64,000 bases of DNA from an uncultured Candidatus Rokubacteria bacterium (GCA_963762145.1 CAVXJS010000007.1:320001-384000); one strand, 5' to 3'; shown: positions 18,212 through 27,823, counted from the stretch's first letter. The notes: generated by a model from the sequence alone, not told the origin. Program-made: numbers and translations.

Positions 18212-19551
18212 CCCGCATCGCCTGCCTGCTCACCGTTACCGAACCGGCACGCCCCGCGCTGCTGCGGGTGGCGCTCGCGCATTCCCCTCGCGTGGAGGAC
18301 GCGGGCGCCGGCCGGGTCTATCTCGACGCGTCCGGGCTCGAAGGGCTCTTCGGAGACGAGCCGCGGCTGGCCGCGCGCCTCCGCGACGCCGCCGCGTCGG
18401 CGGGCGTGCAGATCGCGGTGGGCATCGCGGAGAGCCGCATCGCCGCGCTCGCCGCCGCCCGTCTGGGATCCGGCGTGATGGTCGTCGAGCCGGGCGGCGA
18501 CGCCGACTATCTCGCCGGGGCGCCGCTGGCGCTGCTCGACCTGCCGGAGGAGACGGCCACGCGCCTGTCGCGATGGGGGGTCCGCACGCTTGGCGAGCTG
18601 GCCGCGCTGCCCACCGCGGGATTGTTCGAGCGGCTCGGCGGCGACGGGGTCCGGCTCCAGCGCCTGGCCCGCGGAGAAGATCCGCGCCCCCTCGTCTCGT
18701 GGCGGCCCGGGCCCCTCTTCGAGGAGTCCGTGGCATGCGAGTGGGGTCTCGAGACGCTCGAGCCGGTGGTGGAGCGCCTGTGCGAGCTGTCCGCCCGCGT
18801 CTGCGCACGCCTCGGCTCCGCCGGGCTCGCGGCGGACAGCTTCGAGTGGACGTGCCGGCTCGGCGACGGCCGGGCTCATGACGGCGCGCTCACGCCCGCA
18901 GTGCCCATCACCGATGCCGGGTCGGTCGGCGGCCTGCTGCGCCTGGCGCTCGAAGCACGCCCGCCGCGCGGGGCGGTGGAGGCGCTCACGTTTCGCGCCC
19001 GCCCGGTGCGACTCGCCCCGGCGCAGGAGTCGCTCACCGACCGCTCGCGCCCCGCTCCCCGTCAGCTCACCGCCACATTGAATCGCCTGGTGGCGCTGGT
19101 GGGCGCCGACGCCATCGGCGCCCCCGCGCTGCTCGACACCCACCGTCCCGATGCCGTCGCGCTCGCCGGGTACTCCCCCTCCGAGCCCTCCGTTCCCCGC
19201 AGAGACTCCCGCCCCCCCACTCCCCTCAAGGGAGTCTCTCAACATCCTCCCTCTCCCCTCGGGGGAGAGGGCAGGGTAAGAGGGGACGAAGCTCCCGCTC
19301 TCGCCCTTCGTCGCCTCCGCCCCGCCGCGCCTGCGTCGGTGACGATGGCATCCGGCCGGCCGGTGGCGGTGCGCTCGGCACGCCTGGCGGGCCGCATCGT
19401 CGCGGGTGTCGGTCCGTGGCGCGTCTCGGGCGAGTGGTGGAGCCCGCGCCCGTGGCTGCAGGACGAGTGGGACGTGGAGCTGGCCGACGGCACGCTGTGC
19501 CGGCTGGCGCACGACGGCTCCGCCTGGCGCCTCGAAGGCATCTACGACTAG
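18208..19551 (+). CDS. imuB: ImuB, inactive Y-family polymerase
   Basis: 'SPRVE..VYLDASGL..LFG', 'WGVRTLGELAALP', C-terminal 'GPWRVSGEWW..W.LEGIYD'. Confidence 0.88.
   Translation: MTRIACLLTVTEPARPALLRVALAHSPRVEDAGAGRVYLDASGLEGLFGDEPRLAARLRDAAASAGVQIAVGIAESRIAALAAARLGSGVMVVEPGGDADYLAGAPLALLDLPEETATRLSRWGVRTLGELAALPTAGLFERLGGDGVRLQRLARGEDPRPLVSWRPGPLFEESVACEWGLETLEPVVERLCELSARVCARLGSAGLAADSFEWTCRLGDGRAHDGALTPAVPITDAGSVGGLLRLALEARPPRGAVEALTFRARPVRLAPAQESLTDRSRPAPRQLTATLNRLVALVGADAIGAPALLDTHRPDAVALAGYSPSEPSVPRRDSRPPTPLKGVSQHPPSPLGGEGRVRGDEAPALALRRLRPAAPASVTMASGRPVAVRSARLAGRIVAGVGPWRVSGEWWSPRPWLQDEWDVELADGTLCRLAHDGSAWRLEGIYD
19249..19285. repeat. CCCTCTCCCC palindromic repeat, in-frame inside imuB
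   Basis: CCCTCTCCCC-TCG-GGGGAGAGGG-CAGGGTAAGAGGGG. Confidence 0.8.
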
Positions 19552-19573
19552 CCCTCTCCCCAGAGGGGAGAGG
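19552..19573. repeat. CCCTCTCCCC palindromic repeat between imuB and dnaE2
   Basis: CCCTCTCCCC-AGA-GGGGAGAGG immediately after the imuB TAG. Confidence 0.75.
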
Positions 19574-19583
19574 AAGAGCCACC

Positions 19584-22500
19584 ATGTACGTCGAGCTGCA
19601 TGCCCGGAGTGCCTTCAGCTTTCTCGAGGCGGCGGCGCTGCCCGAAGCGCTGGCCGAGCGCGCCGCGCGGCTCGAGCAGCCCGCCATCGCGCTGCTGGAC
19701 GCCGACGGCGTCTACGGGGCGCCCCGGCTCTATCGCGCCTGTACCCGGCTCGGTCTCTCGGCGCGGGTGGGGGCGGAGGTCACGCTGGACGACGGCAGCC
19801 GGCTGCCGCTGCTGGTGGAAGATCGCGAGGGGTATCAGAACCTCTGCCGCCTGCTGACCCGCATGAAGATGCGCGCGGCGAAGGGAGAGGGCGCCGCCAC
19901 CTTCGAGGAGCTGACCGAGTTCTCGGCCGGCCTCGTCTGCCTGACCGGCGGCGGCCCCGGCCCGGTGGCGGCCGCGCTCGCGCGCGCGGGCGCTCCCGCC
20001 GGGCGCGAGTGTCTCGAGCGGCTCGTCGGCATCTACGGCCGCTCCAGCGTGTTCGCGGAGCTGCAGCGCCACCTGAGCCGCCCCGAGGAGGCGCGCAATG
20101 ATTGGCTCCGGGCGGAGGCCGCGCGACTGCGCCTGGCCCCGCTCGCCACCAACGAGCCGCTGCTCGTCGCCCGCCAGGACCGCCCGCTGCTCGACGTGCT
20201 CACGTGCATCCGCGAGCACACCACGCTCGAGGCCGCGGGCCGGCTGCTCGCGCGCAACAGTGAGCACTTCATGAAGACCGGCCGGGTGATGGAGCGGCTC
20301 TTCGCGGACTGCCCCGAGGCGGTGGCCAATACCGGCGAACTGGCGCTGCGGCTCGGCTTCACCTTGAAGGACCTGGGCTACCGCTTCCCCGACTACCCGC
20401 TGCCCCGGGGCGAGACGCCGCTCGGCTTCCTGCGTCAGCTCGCCCACGCGGGAGCCCGCGACCGGTACGGCTCGGGGCCGCTCGCCGAGAAGGCGCGGCG
20501 GCAGATCGAGCACGAGCTGGCCCTCATCGGGCGCCTCGACCTGGCGGGCTATTTCCTCATCGTGTGGGACCTCGTGCAGTACTGCCGCGCCCACGACGTG
20601 CTGGTGCAGGGGCGCGGCTCCGCGGCCAACAGCGCGGTGTGCTACGCGCTCGGCCTCACCGCGGTGGACCCGGTCGGCATGGAGCTGCTCTTCGAGCGCT
20701 TCCTCTCCGAGGAGCGCGGCGAGTGGCCCGACATCGACCTCGACCTGCCGAGCGGCGACCGGCGCGAGACCGTGATCCAGTACGTCTACGAGCGCTACGG
20801 GCGCCTCGGCGCGGCCATGACCGCCAACGTGATCACCTATCGCGGTCGCAGCGCGGCCCGCGAGGTCGGCAAGACCCTGGGCCTGCCCGCCGACACGATC
20901 GAGCGGCTGTCGCAGCTGGTGAGCAACTGGGAGTACACCGATCCAGGCGACAGCCTGCTCGCGCACCTGGGCGAGGCCGGCTGCGATCCCGCCGAGCCGC
21001 GCATGCAGCACTTCGCGCGGCTCTGGAGCGGTATCCAGGATCTGCCGCGGCACCTGGGCCAGCACTCGGGCGGCATGGTGATCGCGCAGGGGCGCCTCGA
21101 CGGGGTGGTGCCGCTCGAGCCCGCCACCATGCCCGGCCGCAGCGTGGTGCAGTGGGACAAGGACGACTGCGCCGCGCTCGGCATCGTCAAGGTGGATCTG
21201 CTGGGGCTCGGCATGATGTCGCTGCTCCAGGACGCGCTCGAGATGATCCGGCGCCGTGGCGGCGCGGTGGACCTGGCCCATCTGCCCCAGAACGATCCCA
21301 AGGTCTACGCCATGCTCCAGCAGGCCGACACCATCGGCGTCTTCCAGGTGGAGAGCCGCGCCCAGATGGCGACGCTGCCGCGCCTGCGCCCCGAGCGCTT
21401 CTACGACCTGGTCGTGCAGGTGGCGATCATCCGCCCCGGGCCCATCGTGGGCGACATGGTGCATCCCTACCTGCGCCGCCGCGCGGGCCGCGAGGCGATC
21501 ACGGTGCCGCATCCCGCGCTCGAGCCGATCCTGGAGCGCACGCTCGGGGTGCCGCTCTTCCAGGAGCAATTGCTCCGCATGGCGATGGCCACCGCCGGCT
21601 TCACCGGCGGCGAGGCGGAGGAGCTGCGCCGCGCCTTCGGGTTCAAGCGCTCGGAGCGGGCGATGCGGGAGGTGGAGGTGAAGCTCCGCGCGGGCATGGC
21701 GCGCCAGGGCATTTCGGGCGCCGCCGCGGAGGCCATCATCCACTCCATCACCGCCTTCGCGCTCTACGGCTTCCCGGAGTGCGTGGTGGGAGAGACGCTC
21801 GTCATCGATGCCGACACCGGCCGCCGGGTGAAGATCGAGGACGTGGTGAACGGGAGCGTTCCGCTTGCCTACACGTTCGCCTGCGATGCAGACCTCAAGC
21901 TCCGGAAGCGTCGGGTGCTCGCGGCCACTGCGAGCGGGCTCCGGATGGTGCATCGCCTTCGGACCGCTCTCGGCCGGGAGCTGCTGGCCACACCCGAGCA
22001 TCCCTTGCTCACCGCGGATGGCTGGCGGCCGCTCGGGAGCCTCAATCCCGGTGATCACATCGCAGCCCCCCGTGTCCTGCTGACTCCGGGGTTGAAGTCA
22101 TGGCCCTCGCACGAACTCATCGTGCTCGGCGATCTCATTGCCGAGGGGAATCTATGTCACCCTGGAACGTTGTACTTCTACACAGCAGATCCAGAACATC
22201 GCGACGAGTTCGCCGAAGCGGTGGAGAAATTCGACAATACTCAGGCAACCGTGGCCTTCCATCGCAGCTGTTTCAGCGTGCATGTACGCCGTCGGGACAG
22301 GACGAGGACGATCGGGGTGGTGGACTGGGCGAAACGTCTACGGTTGTGGGGGGTGGGTGCCCGTGCCAAGAAGCTCCCGGATGAGGTGTTCGAGCTGTGC
22401 GATCCGGATCTCTCCCTATTACTGGCACGGTTGTGGGAAGGAGATGGATGCTTCTCCCGGGCCGGGCATGCGTCCTATGACACCGCGTCCCTCGAGCTCG

Positions 22501-23960
22501 CTCAGGATGTGCAACATCTACTGCTTCGGCTGGGAATCGTGTCCCGACTCTATCGTCGAACTCATCCCTACCGTGGTCGAAGAGTGAGTAGTTTCGTTGT
22601 CACCATCACCGGCCGGGATACTCTCCAGCAGTTCAACGAGGTGGTAGCGAGTCGATTCCTTGGTTCACGGAAGCGTTCGATGGCCGAACAAATCGCCCGA
22701 GCCGGTGGAGATGGACGTGCGTCCCGCGACATCATTCCGGTGTCGGTTCAAGCGACGATCACGGCTGCCCGCGCCGGTCGGGGAGTGACGTGGGTGGAGG
22801 TCGAGCGGGCTACCGGTCTCTCGTCACGGGCTCTCTGCTCCCCGGCCAGATCGAAGCGCGGCTACCGTCGGTGGGTGATCGAACGTCTGGGGGATCACTT
22901 CGACTCCCCCGAGCTGAAGAATCTGGCTCGGTCCGAGGTCTACTGGGACCGGGTCGTGAGCGTGGAGCCGGTGGGGACGCGCGAGACCTTTGACCTCACG
23001 GTGGAAGGCGACCACAACTTCGTGGCCAACGACCTGATCGTCCACAACTCGCACGCGGCGAGCTTCGCGCTGCTGGCGTACGCGAGCGCGTACCTGAAGG
23101 CGCATCATCCGGCCGCGTTCTACGCCGCGCTGCTCAACAATCAGCCGATGGGCTTCTACGATCCGGCCACCATCGTCGGCGACGCGGGTCGGCACGGGCA
23201 GGGGATCCGGCCCGCCGACGTGAATTTCTCGGGCTGGCTCTGCGCGATCGAGCCGGACGGCGTGGTGCGGCTCGGGCTGCGCTACGTGCGGGGGCTGCGG
23301 GAGGAAGCGGGGCGGCGTCTCGAGGCGGCGCGCCGCGGCCGGCCCTTCGCCTCCGTGGAGGACGTGGTGAAGCGGGGCGCGCTCCGTCGCGACGAGCTGG
23401 CGCAGCTCGCACGGGTCGGCGCGCTCGCGAGCCTCGAGCCGGAGCGGCGGGCCGCGCTCTGGGAGGCCGAGCGCGCGGGCCGCCCCGCGGGGGCGCTCTA
23501 CGAGGAGCTGCCCACGTCGCGGGAGCCCTCGCCGCTACGGCCGATGAGCGCCGAGGAGCGGCTGGTGGCCGACTACGAGGGCACCGGCCTCACCCTCGGG
23601 CCGCATCCCATGGCCTTCTGCCGCGGCGAGCTCCTGCGGATGCGCGTCTCGCGCGCGGCGGACCTGGCCGCGTTCCGTCACGGGGCGTGGGTGAAGGTGG
23701 CCGGGGCGGTGGTGGTGCGCCAGCGGCCCGGCACCGCCAAGGGGTTCGTCTTCCTGAACCTCGAGGACGAGACGGGGCTGGTCAACGTGATCGTGCGGCC
23801 GGCCCTCTTCCATCGCCACCGGCTGGCCCTGGTCAACGAGCCCTTTCTCCTGATCGAGGGCAGTCTCCAGCGCCAAGACAATGTCACCTCGGTGCGCGCC
23901 GAGCGGCTCGCCCCGCTGCGCCACCGGCTGGCGAGCGTCCCTTCCCACGATTTTCATTGA
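19584..23960 (+). CDS. dnaE2: Error-prone DNA polymerase DnaE2 (ImuC), intein-containing precursor
   Basis: PHP 'YVELHARSAFSFLE', GRGSAANS, PDIDLD, HLGQHSGG, RQRPGTAKG, DnaE2-type C-terminus SHDFH. Confidence 0.96.
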   Translation: MYVELHARSAFSFLEAAALPEALAERAARLEQPAIALLDADGVYGAPRLYRACTRLGLSARVGAEVTLDDGSRLPLLVEDREGYQNLCRLLTRMKMRAAKGEGAATFEELTEFSAGLVCLTGGGPGPVAAALARAGAPAGRECLERLVGIYGRSSVFAELQRHLSRPEEARNDWLRAEAARLRLAPLATNEPLLVARQDRPLLDVLTCIREHTTLEAAGRLLARNSEHFMKTGRVMERLFADCPEAVANTGELALRLGFTLKDLGYRFPDYPLPRGETPLGFLRQLAHAGARDRYGSGPLAEKARRQIEHELALIGRLDLAGYFLIVWDLVQYCRAHDVLVQGRGSAANSAVCYALGLTAVDPVGMELLFERFLSEERGEWPDIDLDLPSGDRRETVIQYVYERYGRLGAAMTANVITYRGRSAAREVGKTLGLPADTIERLSQLVSNWEYTDPGDSLLAHLGEAGCDPAEPRMQHFARLWSGIQDLPRHLGQHSGGMVIAQGRLDGVVPLEPATMPGRSVVQWDKDDCAALGIVKVDLLGLGMMSLLQDALEMIRRRGGAVDLAHLPQNDPKVYAMLQQADTIGVFQVESRAQMATLPRLRPERFYDLVVQVAIIRPGPIVGDMVHPYLRRRAGREAITVPHPALEPILERTLGVPLFQEQLLRMAMATAGFTGGEAEELRRAFGFKRSERAMREVEVKLRAGMARQGISGAAAEAIIHSITAFALYGFPECVVGETLVIDADTGRRVKIEDVVNGSVPLAYTFACDADLKLRKRRVLAATASGLRMVHRLRTALGRELLATPEHPLLTADGWRPLGSLNPGDHIAAPRVLLTPGLKSWPSHELIVLGDLIAEGNLCHPGTLYFYTADPEHRDEFAEAVEKFDNTQATVAFHRSCFSVHVRRRDRTRTIGVVDWAKRLRLWGVGARAKKLPDEVFELCDPDLSLLLARLWEGDGCFSRAGHASYDTASLELAQDVQHLLLRLGIVSRLYRRTHPYRGRRVSSFVVTITGRDTLQQFNEVVASRFLGSRKRSMAEQIARAGGDGRASRDIIPVSVQATITAARAGRGVTWVEVERATGLSSRALCSPARSKRGYRRWVIERLGDHFDSPELKNLARSEVYWDRVVSVEPVGTRETFDLTVEGDHNFVANDLIVHNSHAASFALLAYASAYLKAHHPAAFYAALLNNQPMGFYDPATIVGDAGRHGQGIRPADVNFSGWLCAIEPDGVVRLGLRYVRGLREEAGRRLEAARRGRPFASVEDVVKRGALRRDELAQLARVGALASLEPERRAALWEAERAGRPAGALYEELPTSREPSPLRPMSAEERLVADYEGTGLTLGPHPMAFCRGELLRMRVSRAADLAAFRHGAWVKVAGAVVVRQRPGTAKGFVFLNLEDETGLVNVIVRPALFHRHRLALVNEPFLLIEGSLQRQDNVTSVRAERLAPLRHRLASVPSHDFH
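21780..23048 (+). mobile_element. Intein (423 aa) with LAGLIDADG homing endonuclease
   Basis: Inserted in YGFPE|SHAAS; Cys1 (CVVGETLV), block B TPEHP, LGDLIAEG and LWEGDG motifs, block F FDLTVEGDHNFVAN, terminal HN, +1 Ser; visibly lower GC. Confidence 0.96.
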
Positions 23961-24855
23961 GGCCACTACCTCGGGGCAGCCCTTCGAGCGCTGCCAGGAA
24001 CATGCGGAGCGCCGGCGTCTCGGGCTTGTCGCGCCGACGTACGAGCCCCAGGCGTCGCGCCAGGGTGGGCGAGAGCGGCCGCATGGAGAGCGCGCCCGCT
24101 CGCACCTCGTCCCGCACCGCCATGGCCGGGCTCACCGAGACGCCGAGGCCCGCCCCCACCAGCTTCTTGATGGCCTCCTCGTTGCCCAGCTCCATCACGA
24201 TCCGCGGGCGCGCCCCGCCGCGGCGGAACCAGCCCTCGATCACGCGCCGGATGGTGCCGCCGCGCTCGTAGACGATGAGCGGATAGCGCGCCAGCTCGGC
24301 CGCGGTGAGCGCGCCGCGCCGCGGCCACGCCTGGGACGGCGGGCCCACTGCCACCAGCGGGTCGAGCAGCACCGGCGTCACCACGAGCTGTCGTCCGGTG
24401 ACCGGCAGGGTCACCAGCGCCACGTCGAGCTCGTTGGCCGCGACGGCGGCCGCGATCTCGGGCGCGTTCCCGGTCACCACGATGAGCTCGAGCTCGGGGT
24501 ACCGCGCCCGCATCCGGCGCAGGAGCGGCGGCAGCAGGTGGATGCTCGCGGTCGCGCCGGTGCCGAGGCGCAGCCGGCCCGCCACCACCCCGCGGAGCTG
24601 GCGGAGCGCCTCCTGCGCCGCCTCGAGCTCGGCGAAGGCGCGTCCGGCGTGCTCCAGCAGCACCGCGCCGGCCGGGGTGGGGAAGGCGCGCTTGCCCACC
24701 CGCTCGAGCAGCGCGGTGCCGCAGCGGGCCTCGAGCTGGCGCATGTGCAGGCTCACCGCGGGCTGGCTCAGGCGCAGGCTCTCCGCCGCGCGCGAGAAGC
24801 TTCCGTGGCGCGCGATCTCCCGGAGCGTCCGTACGTGGGCGGGATTGAGGTTCAT
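23884..24855 (-). CDS. LysR-type transcriptional regulator (true stop possibly 23966)
   Basis: 'GSFSRAAESLRLSQPAVS..LE' HTH and substrate-binding domain. Confidence 0.93.
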   Translation of the reverse strand: MNLNPAHVRTLREIARHGSFSRAAESLRLSQPAVSLHMRQLEARCGTALLERVGKRAFPTPAGAVLLEHAGRAFAELEAAQEALRQLRGVVAGRLRLGTGATASIHLLPPLLRRMRARYPELELIVVTGNAPEIAAAVAANELDVALVTLPVTGRQLVVTPVLLDPLVAVGPPSQAWPRRGALTAAELARYPLIVYERGGTIRRVIEGWFRRGGARPRIVMELGNEEAIKKLVGAGLGVSVSPAMAVRDEVRAGALSMRPLSPTLARRLGLVRRRDKPETPALRMFLAALEGLPRGSGLNENRGKGRSPAGGAAGRAARRAPR

Positions 24856-24869
24856 CCGGCCCGAAGTAT

Positions 24870-24890
24870 TTCTCATCGTATGTATGAGAA
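24870..24890. promoter_or_regulatory. Dyad operator in the LysR/GNAT divergent intergenic region
   Basis: TTCTCAT-N7-ATGAGAA perfect inverted repeat. Confidence 0.7.
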
Positions 24891-24933
24891 CAATCTATTT
24901 TCCTTATCGAGGCGCGCGGGGCAGACTGCGGAC

Positions 24934-25443
24934 ATGAGAGGCCCGCTCATGGGGGAGGTCTCGGTACGCCCCGCGACACCGGACGACGCCGCGGCGATCT
25001 GCACGATCTACAACCAGGGCATCGAGGACCGCATCGCCACGCTCGAGACCGAGCTGCGCACCCCGGAGGAGCGCCGGCAGTGGATGGCGGCGCGCGGCCC
25101 GCGTCATCCGGTGGTCGTCGCCACCGACGACGGCCCCGTCGTCGGGTGGGGGAGCCTCAACGCGTTCAACCCGCGGCCCGCCTACGACAACGTGGTGGAT
25201 CTCTCCGTCTACGTCGAGCGGGCCTGGCGCGGGCGTGGGGTGGGGAAGGCGCTGCTGCAGCACCTGCTGGGTCTGGCCCGCCAGCTCGGGTATCACAAGA
25301 TGGTGCTGGCCACCTTTCCCTACAACGACGCCGGCCTCGCGCTCTACCGGCGCATGGGCTTCAGCCCGGTCGGCGTGTACCACGAGCAGGGAACGCTCGA
25401 CGGCCGCTGGGTGGACGTCCTGATCATGGAGCAGCTCCTCTGA
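24934..25443 (+). CDS. GNAT N-acetyltransferase, ArsN1/phosphinothricin acetyltransferase family
   Basis: 'IYNQGIEDRIATLE', 'SVYV....RGRGVG', 'GF..VG...EQG.LDGRWVDV'; alternative start 24949. Confidence 0.85.
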   Translation: MRGPLMGEVSVRPATPDDAAAICTIYNQGIEDRIATLETELRTPEERRQWMAARGPRHPVVVATDDGPVVGWGSLNAFNPRPAYDNVVDLSVYVERAWRGRGVGKALLQHLLGLARQLGYHKMVLATFPYNDAGLALYRRMGFSPVGVYHEQGTLDGRWVDVLIMEQLL

Positions 25444-25528
25444 CCGCCCGCGAGGTCAGAGATCCCGCCGCCGTTCCCGCCGTGTAAACCGCCGGGCTGA
25501 TTGTCGGTTCGCGGTACGATAGGGCCCT

Positions 25529-27823
25529 ATGCTCGCGGGATGGGGCCGTCTCGTTCATCGCTTCCGGCTGGCGATCATCGCCCTGTCCCTGCTGAGTCTG
25601 ATCCCGTCGCTCTGGCTGATCTTCCACGGCGGCCGTCTCGCCACCACCGACATCCCGACGACCACGGAGTCCGGCCGCGCGCTCGATCTGATCGGGCGCG
25701 AGCTGCCGGGCCGGCCGCCCTCGTTCAGCCTCATCTTCAGCAGCCCGACCCGCTCCGCGCGCGACGAGGCTTTCCGGCAGGAGGTCGAGCGGGCGGTGGC
25801 GCCGCTCCGCCGCGACGCGCGCGTCGCGCGGGTGCTGACCGCGTACGACCCGCCGGTCTACGACGCCTCGATGCCCGCCGCCCAGCTCGTGTCGCGCGAC
25901 GGCCGTCGGGCGCTGGTGGTGGTCGAGCTCAAGGGCGAGGCGGCCGCGTTCTCCCTGCTCGAGTTCTCGGTGCTGCCCCCCGACGTGTATCCCTCGCTGT
26001 GGGCCCTGGTGAAGACCGAGACGCTCGAGGTGCTGCCGGTCGGGAACGTCCCGCTCAACCACGACTTCACCGAGGTGACGCGCACCGATCTCCGCCGGGC
26101 CGAGCTGGTGATCCTGCCGGTGGTGGTGGTGCTGCTCCTGCTCGTGTTCGGCTCGGTGGTGGCCGCGCTCCTGCCCCTCGCGGTGGGCGCGCTCTCGATG
26201 GCGGGGGCCATCGCGGCCACGCTGCTCATGGCCCGCTACACCTCGGTCTCGGTCTACGCGCCGAACATCGTGACCATGATCGGCCTCGGGGTGGCGATCG
26301 ACTACTCGCTGTTCATCGTGAGCCGGTTCCGCCAGGAGATCCGCACGCGCCCCGCATCCGAGGCGCTCGAGCGCACGATGGCCACCGCCGGGCGGGCCAT
26401 TCTTTTCTCCGGGCTCACCGTCGCCATCGGGCTGCTCGGGATGGTCTTCCTCGGGCTCGGCAACGTGGGCTCGATCGGCTGGGCCGGAACCGTGGTCGTC
26501 TCGCTGGCGGTGCTCTACGCGCTCACGCTCCTGCCCGCGCTGCTGGCGGTGCTCGGGCCGCGGGTCAACGCGCTCCGGCTGCCGTTCATTCACCCCGAGC
26601 GGCGCCTCACCGGACGCGGGATCTGGCACCGGATCGCGGTCACCGTGATGGCCTACCCGTGGACCGTGTTCATCTCGGTCTCGGCCCTCCTGTTGTTCCT
26701 CGGGCTGCCGTTCCTGCACCTGAAGGTGGGCTCCGGCGACGTCACCGCGCTACCGCCCGAGGCGGTCTCGCGGCGCGGCGACGAGGCGCTGCGCGAGCAC
26801 TTCCCGGGCGCCGACAGCAACCGGATCCTGGTGGTGGTGCGCTACCCGGACGGCACGCCGCTCACCGCAGAGCGCGTGGGCGGACTCTACGATCTCAGCC
26901 GCTGGCTCGCCGCGCGGCCCAACGTGGCGCGCGTGGAGAGCCTGGTGGATCTCGATCCAAGCGTGACGCGCGAGCAGTACCAGCAGCTCGCCACCGCGCC
27001 CGCCGAGATGCGTCCGCCCGGCGTGGCCCAGGTACTGCGGCAGACCGTGGGCGGCCGCCTGGCCCTGCTGGTGGTCTCGACCGCGCTCAAGCCCTCGAGC
27101 TCGGAGGCGCGCGCCCTGGTCGGGGAGATCCGCGCGTCCCATCCGCGGATCGAGGGCGAGGTGCTCGTGACCGGCCAGACCGCCTTCGATCTCGACATCA
27201 TCGACCTGGTCACGCGCCACGCCCCGGTGACGGTCGGCCTCGTCATGGTCGCGACCTATGTCGTGCTCTTCCTGCTGCTGGGCTCGGTGCTGCTGCCGCT
27301 CAAGGCGGTGATCATGAACCTTCTGTCCATCAGCGCCTCCTACGGCGCGCTGGTGTGGATCTTCCAGGACGGCCATCTCGCCCGCTGGCTGCACTTCACC
27401 CCCGGCCCGATCCAGACCGCCACCCCGCTCATCATGTTCTGCTTCGTGTTCGGGCTCTCGATGGACTACGAGGTCCTCCTGCTGAGCCGGGTGAAGGAGG
27501 AGTACGAGCGCACCGGCGACACCACGCACGCGGTGGCCGAGGCGCTCGAATCCACCGGTCGGCTCATCACCGGCGCGGCCGCCATCATGGCCGCGGTGTT
27601 CTTCGGCTTCGCGACCGCGCGCTCGGTGATCATCCAGGCGGTGGGCATCGGCATCGGGGTCGCGGTCGTGATCGATGCCACCATCGTGCGGGCTCTGCTG
27701 GTGCCCGCGACCATGCGGCTCATGGGGCGGTGGAACTGGTGGGCGCCCGCCCCGCTGGTCTCGTTGCACCGCCGTCTGGGCCTGGCCGAGCGCAGCGCCG
27801 ATGCGGAAGCCGTCCCAAGATAG
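25529..27823 (+). CDS. MMPL/RND family transporter (YdfJ/MmpL3-like)
   Basis: 'GLGVAIDYSLFIVSRFR' and 'GLSMDYEVLLLSRVKEEY' motifs. Confidence 0.93.
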   Translation: MLAGWGRLVHRFRLAIIALSLLSLIPSLWLIFHGGRLATTDIPTTTESGRALDLIGRELPGRPPSFSLIFSSPTRSARDEAFRQEVERAVAPLRRDARVARVLTAYDPPVYDASMPAAQLVSRDGRRALVVVELKGEAAAFSLLEFSVLPPDVYPSLWALVKTETLEVLPVGNVPLNHDFTEVTRTDLRRAELVILPVVVVLLLLVFGSVVAALLPLAVGALSMAGAIAATLLMARYTSVSVYAPNIVTMIGLGVAIDYSLFIVSRFRQEIRTRPASEALERTMATAGRAILFSGLTVAIGLLGMVFLGLGNVGSIGWAGTVVVSLAVLYALTLLPALLAVLGPRVNALRLPFIHPERRLTGRGIWHRIAVTVMAYPWTVFISVSALLLFLGLPFLHLKVGSGDVTALPPEAVSRRGDEALREHFPGADSNRILVVVRYPDGTPLTAERVGGLYDLSRWLAARPNVARVESLVDLDPSVTREQYQQLATAPAEMRPPGVAQVLRQTVGGRLALLVVSTALKPSSSEARALVGEIRASHPRIEGEVLVTGQTAFDLDIIDLVTRHAPVTVGLVMVATYVVLFLLLGSVLLPLKAVIMNLLSISASYGALVWIFQDGHLARWLHFTPGPIQTATPLIMFCFVFGLSMDYEVLLLSRVKEEYERTGDTTHAVAEALESTGRLITGAAAIMAAVFFGFATARSVIIQAVGIGIGVAVVIDATIVRALLVPATMRLMGRWNWWAPAPLVSLHRRLGLAERSADAEAVPR

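Noticed and set aside
23884-23968. 77-nt convergent overlap of lysR and dnaE2 as antisense regulation
   Set aside because: One more base in the G4 run at about 23973 would end LysR at a TAG (23966-23968) at normal length; probably a homopolymer error.
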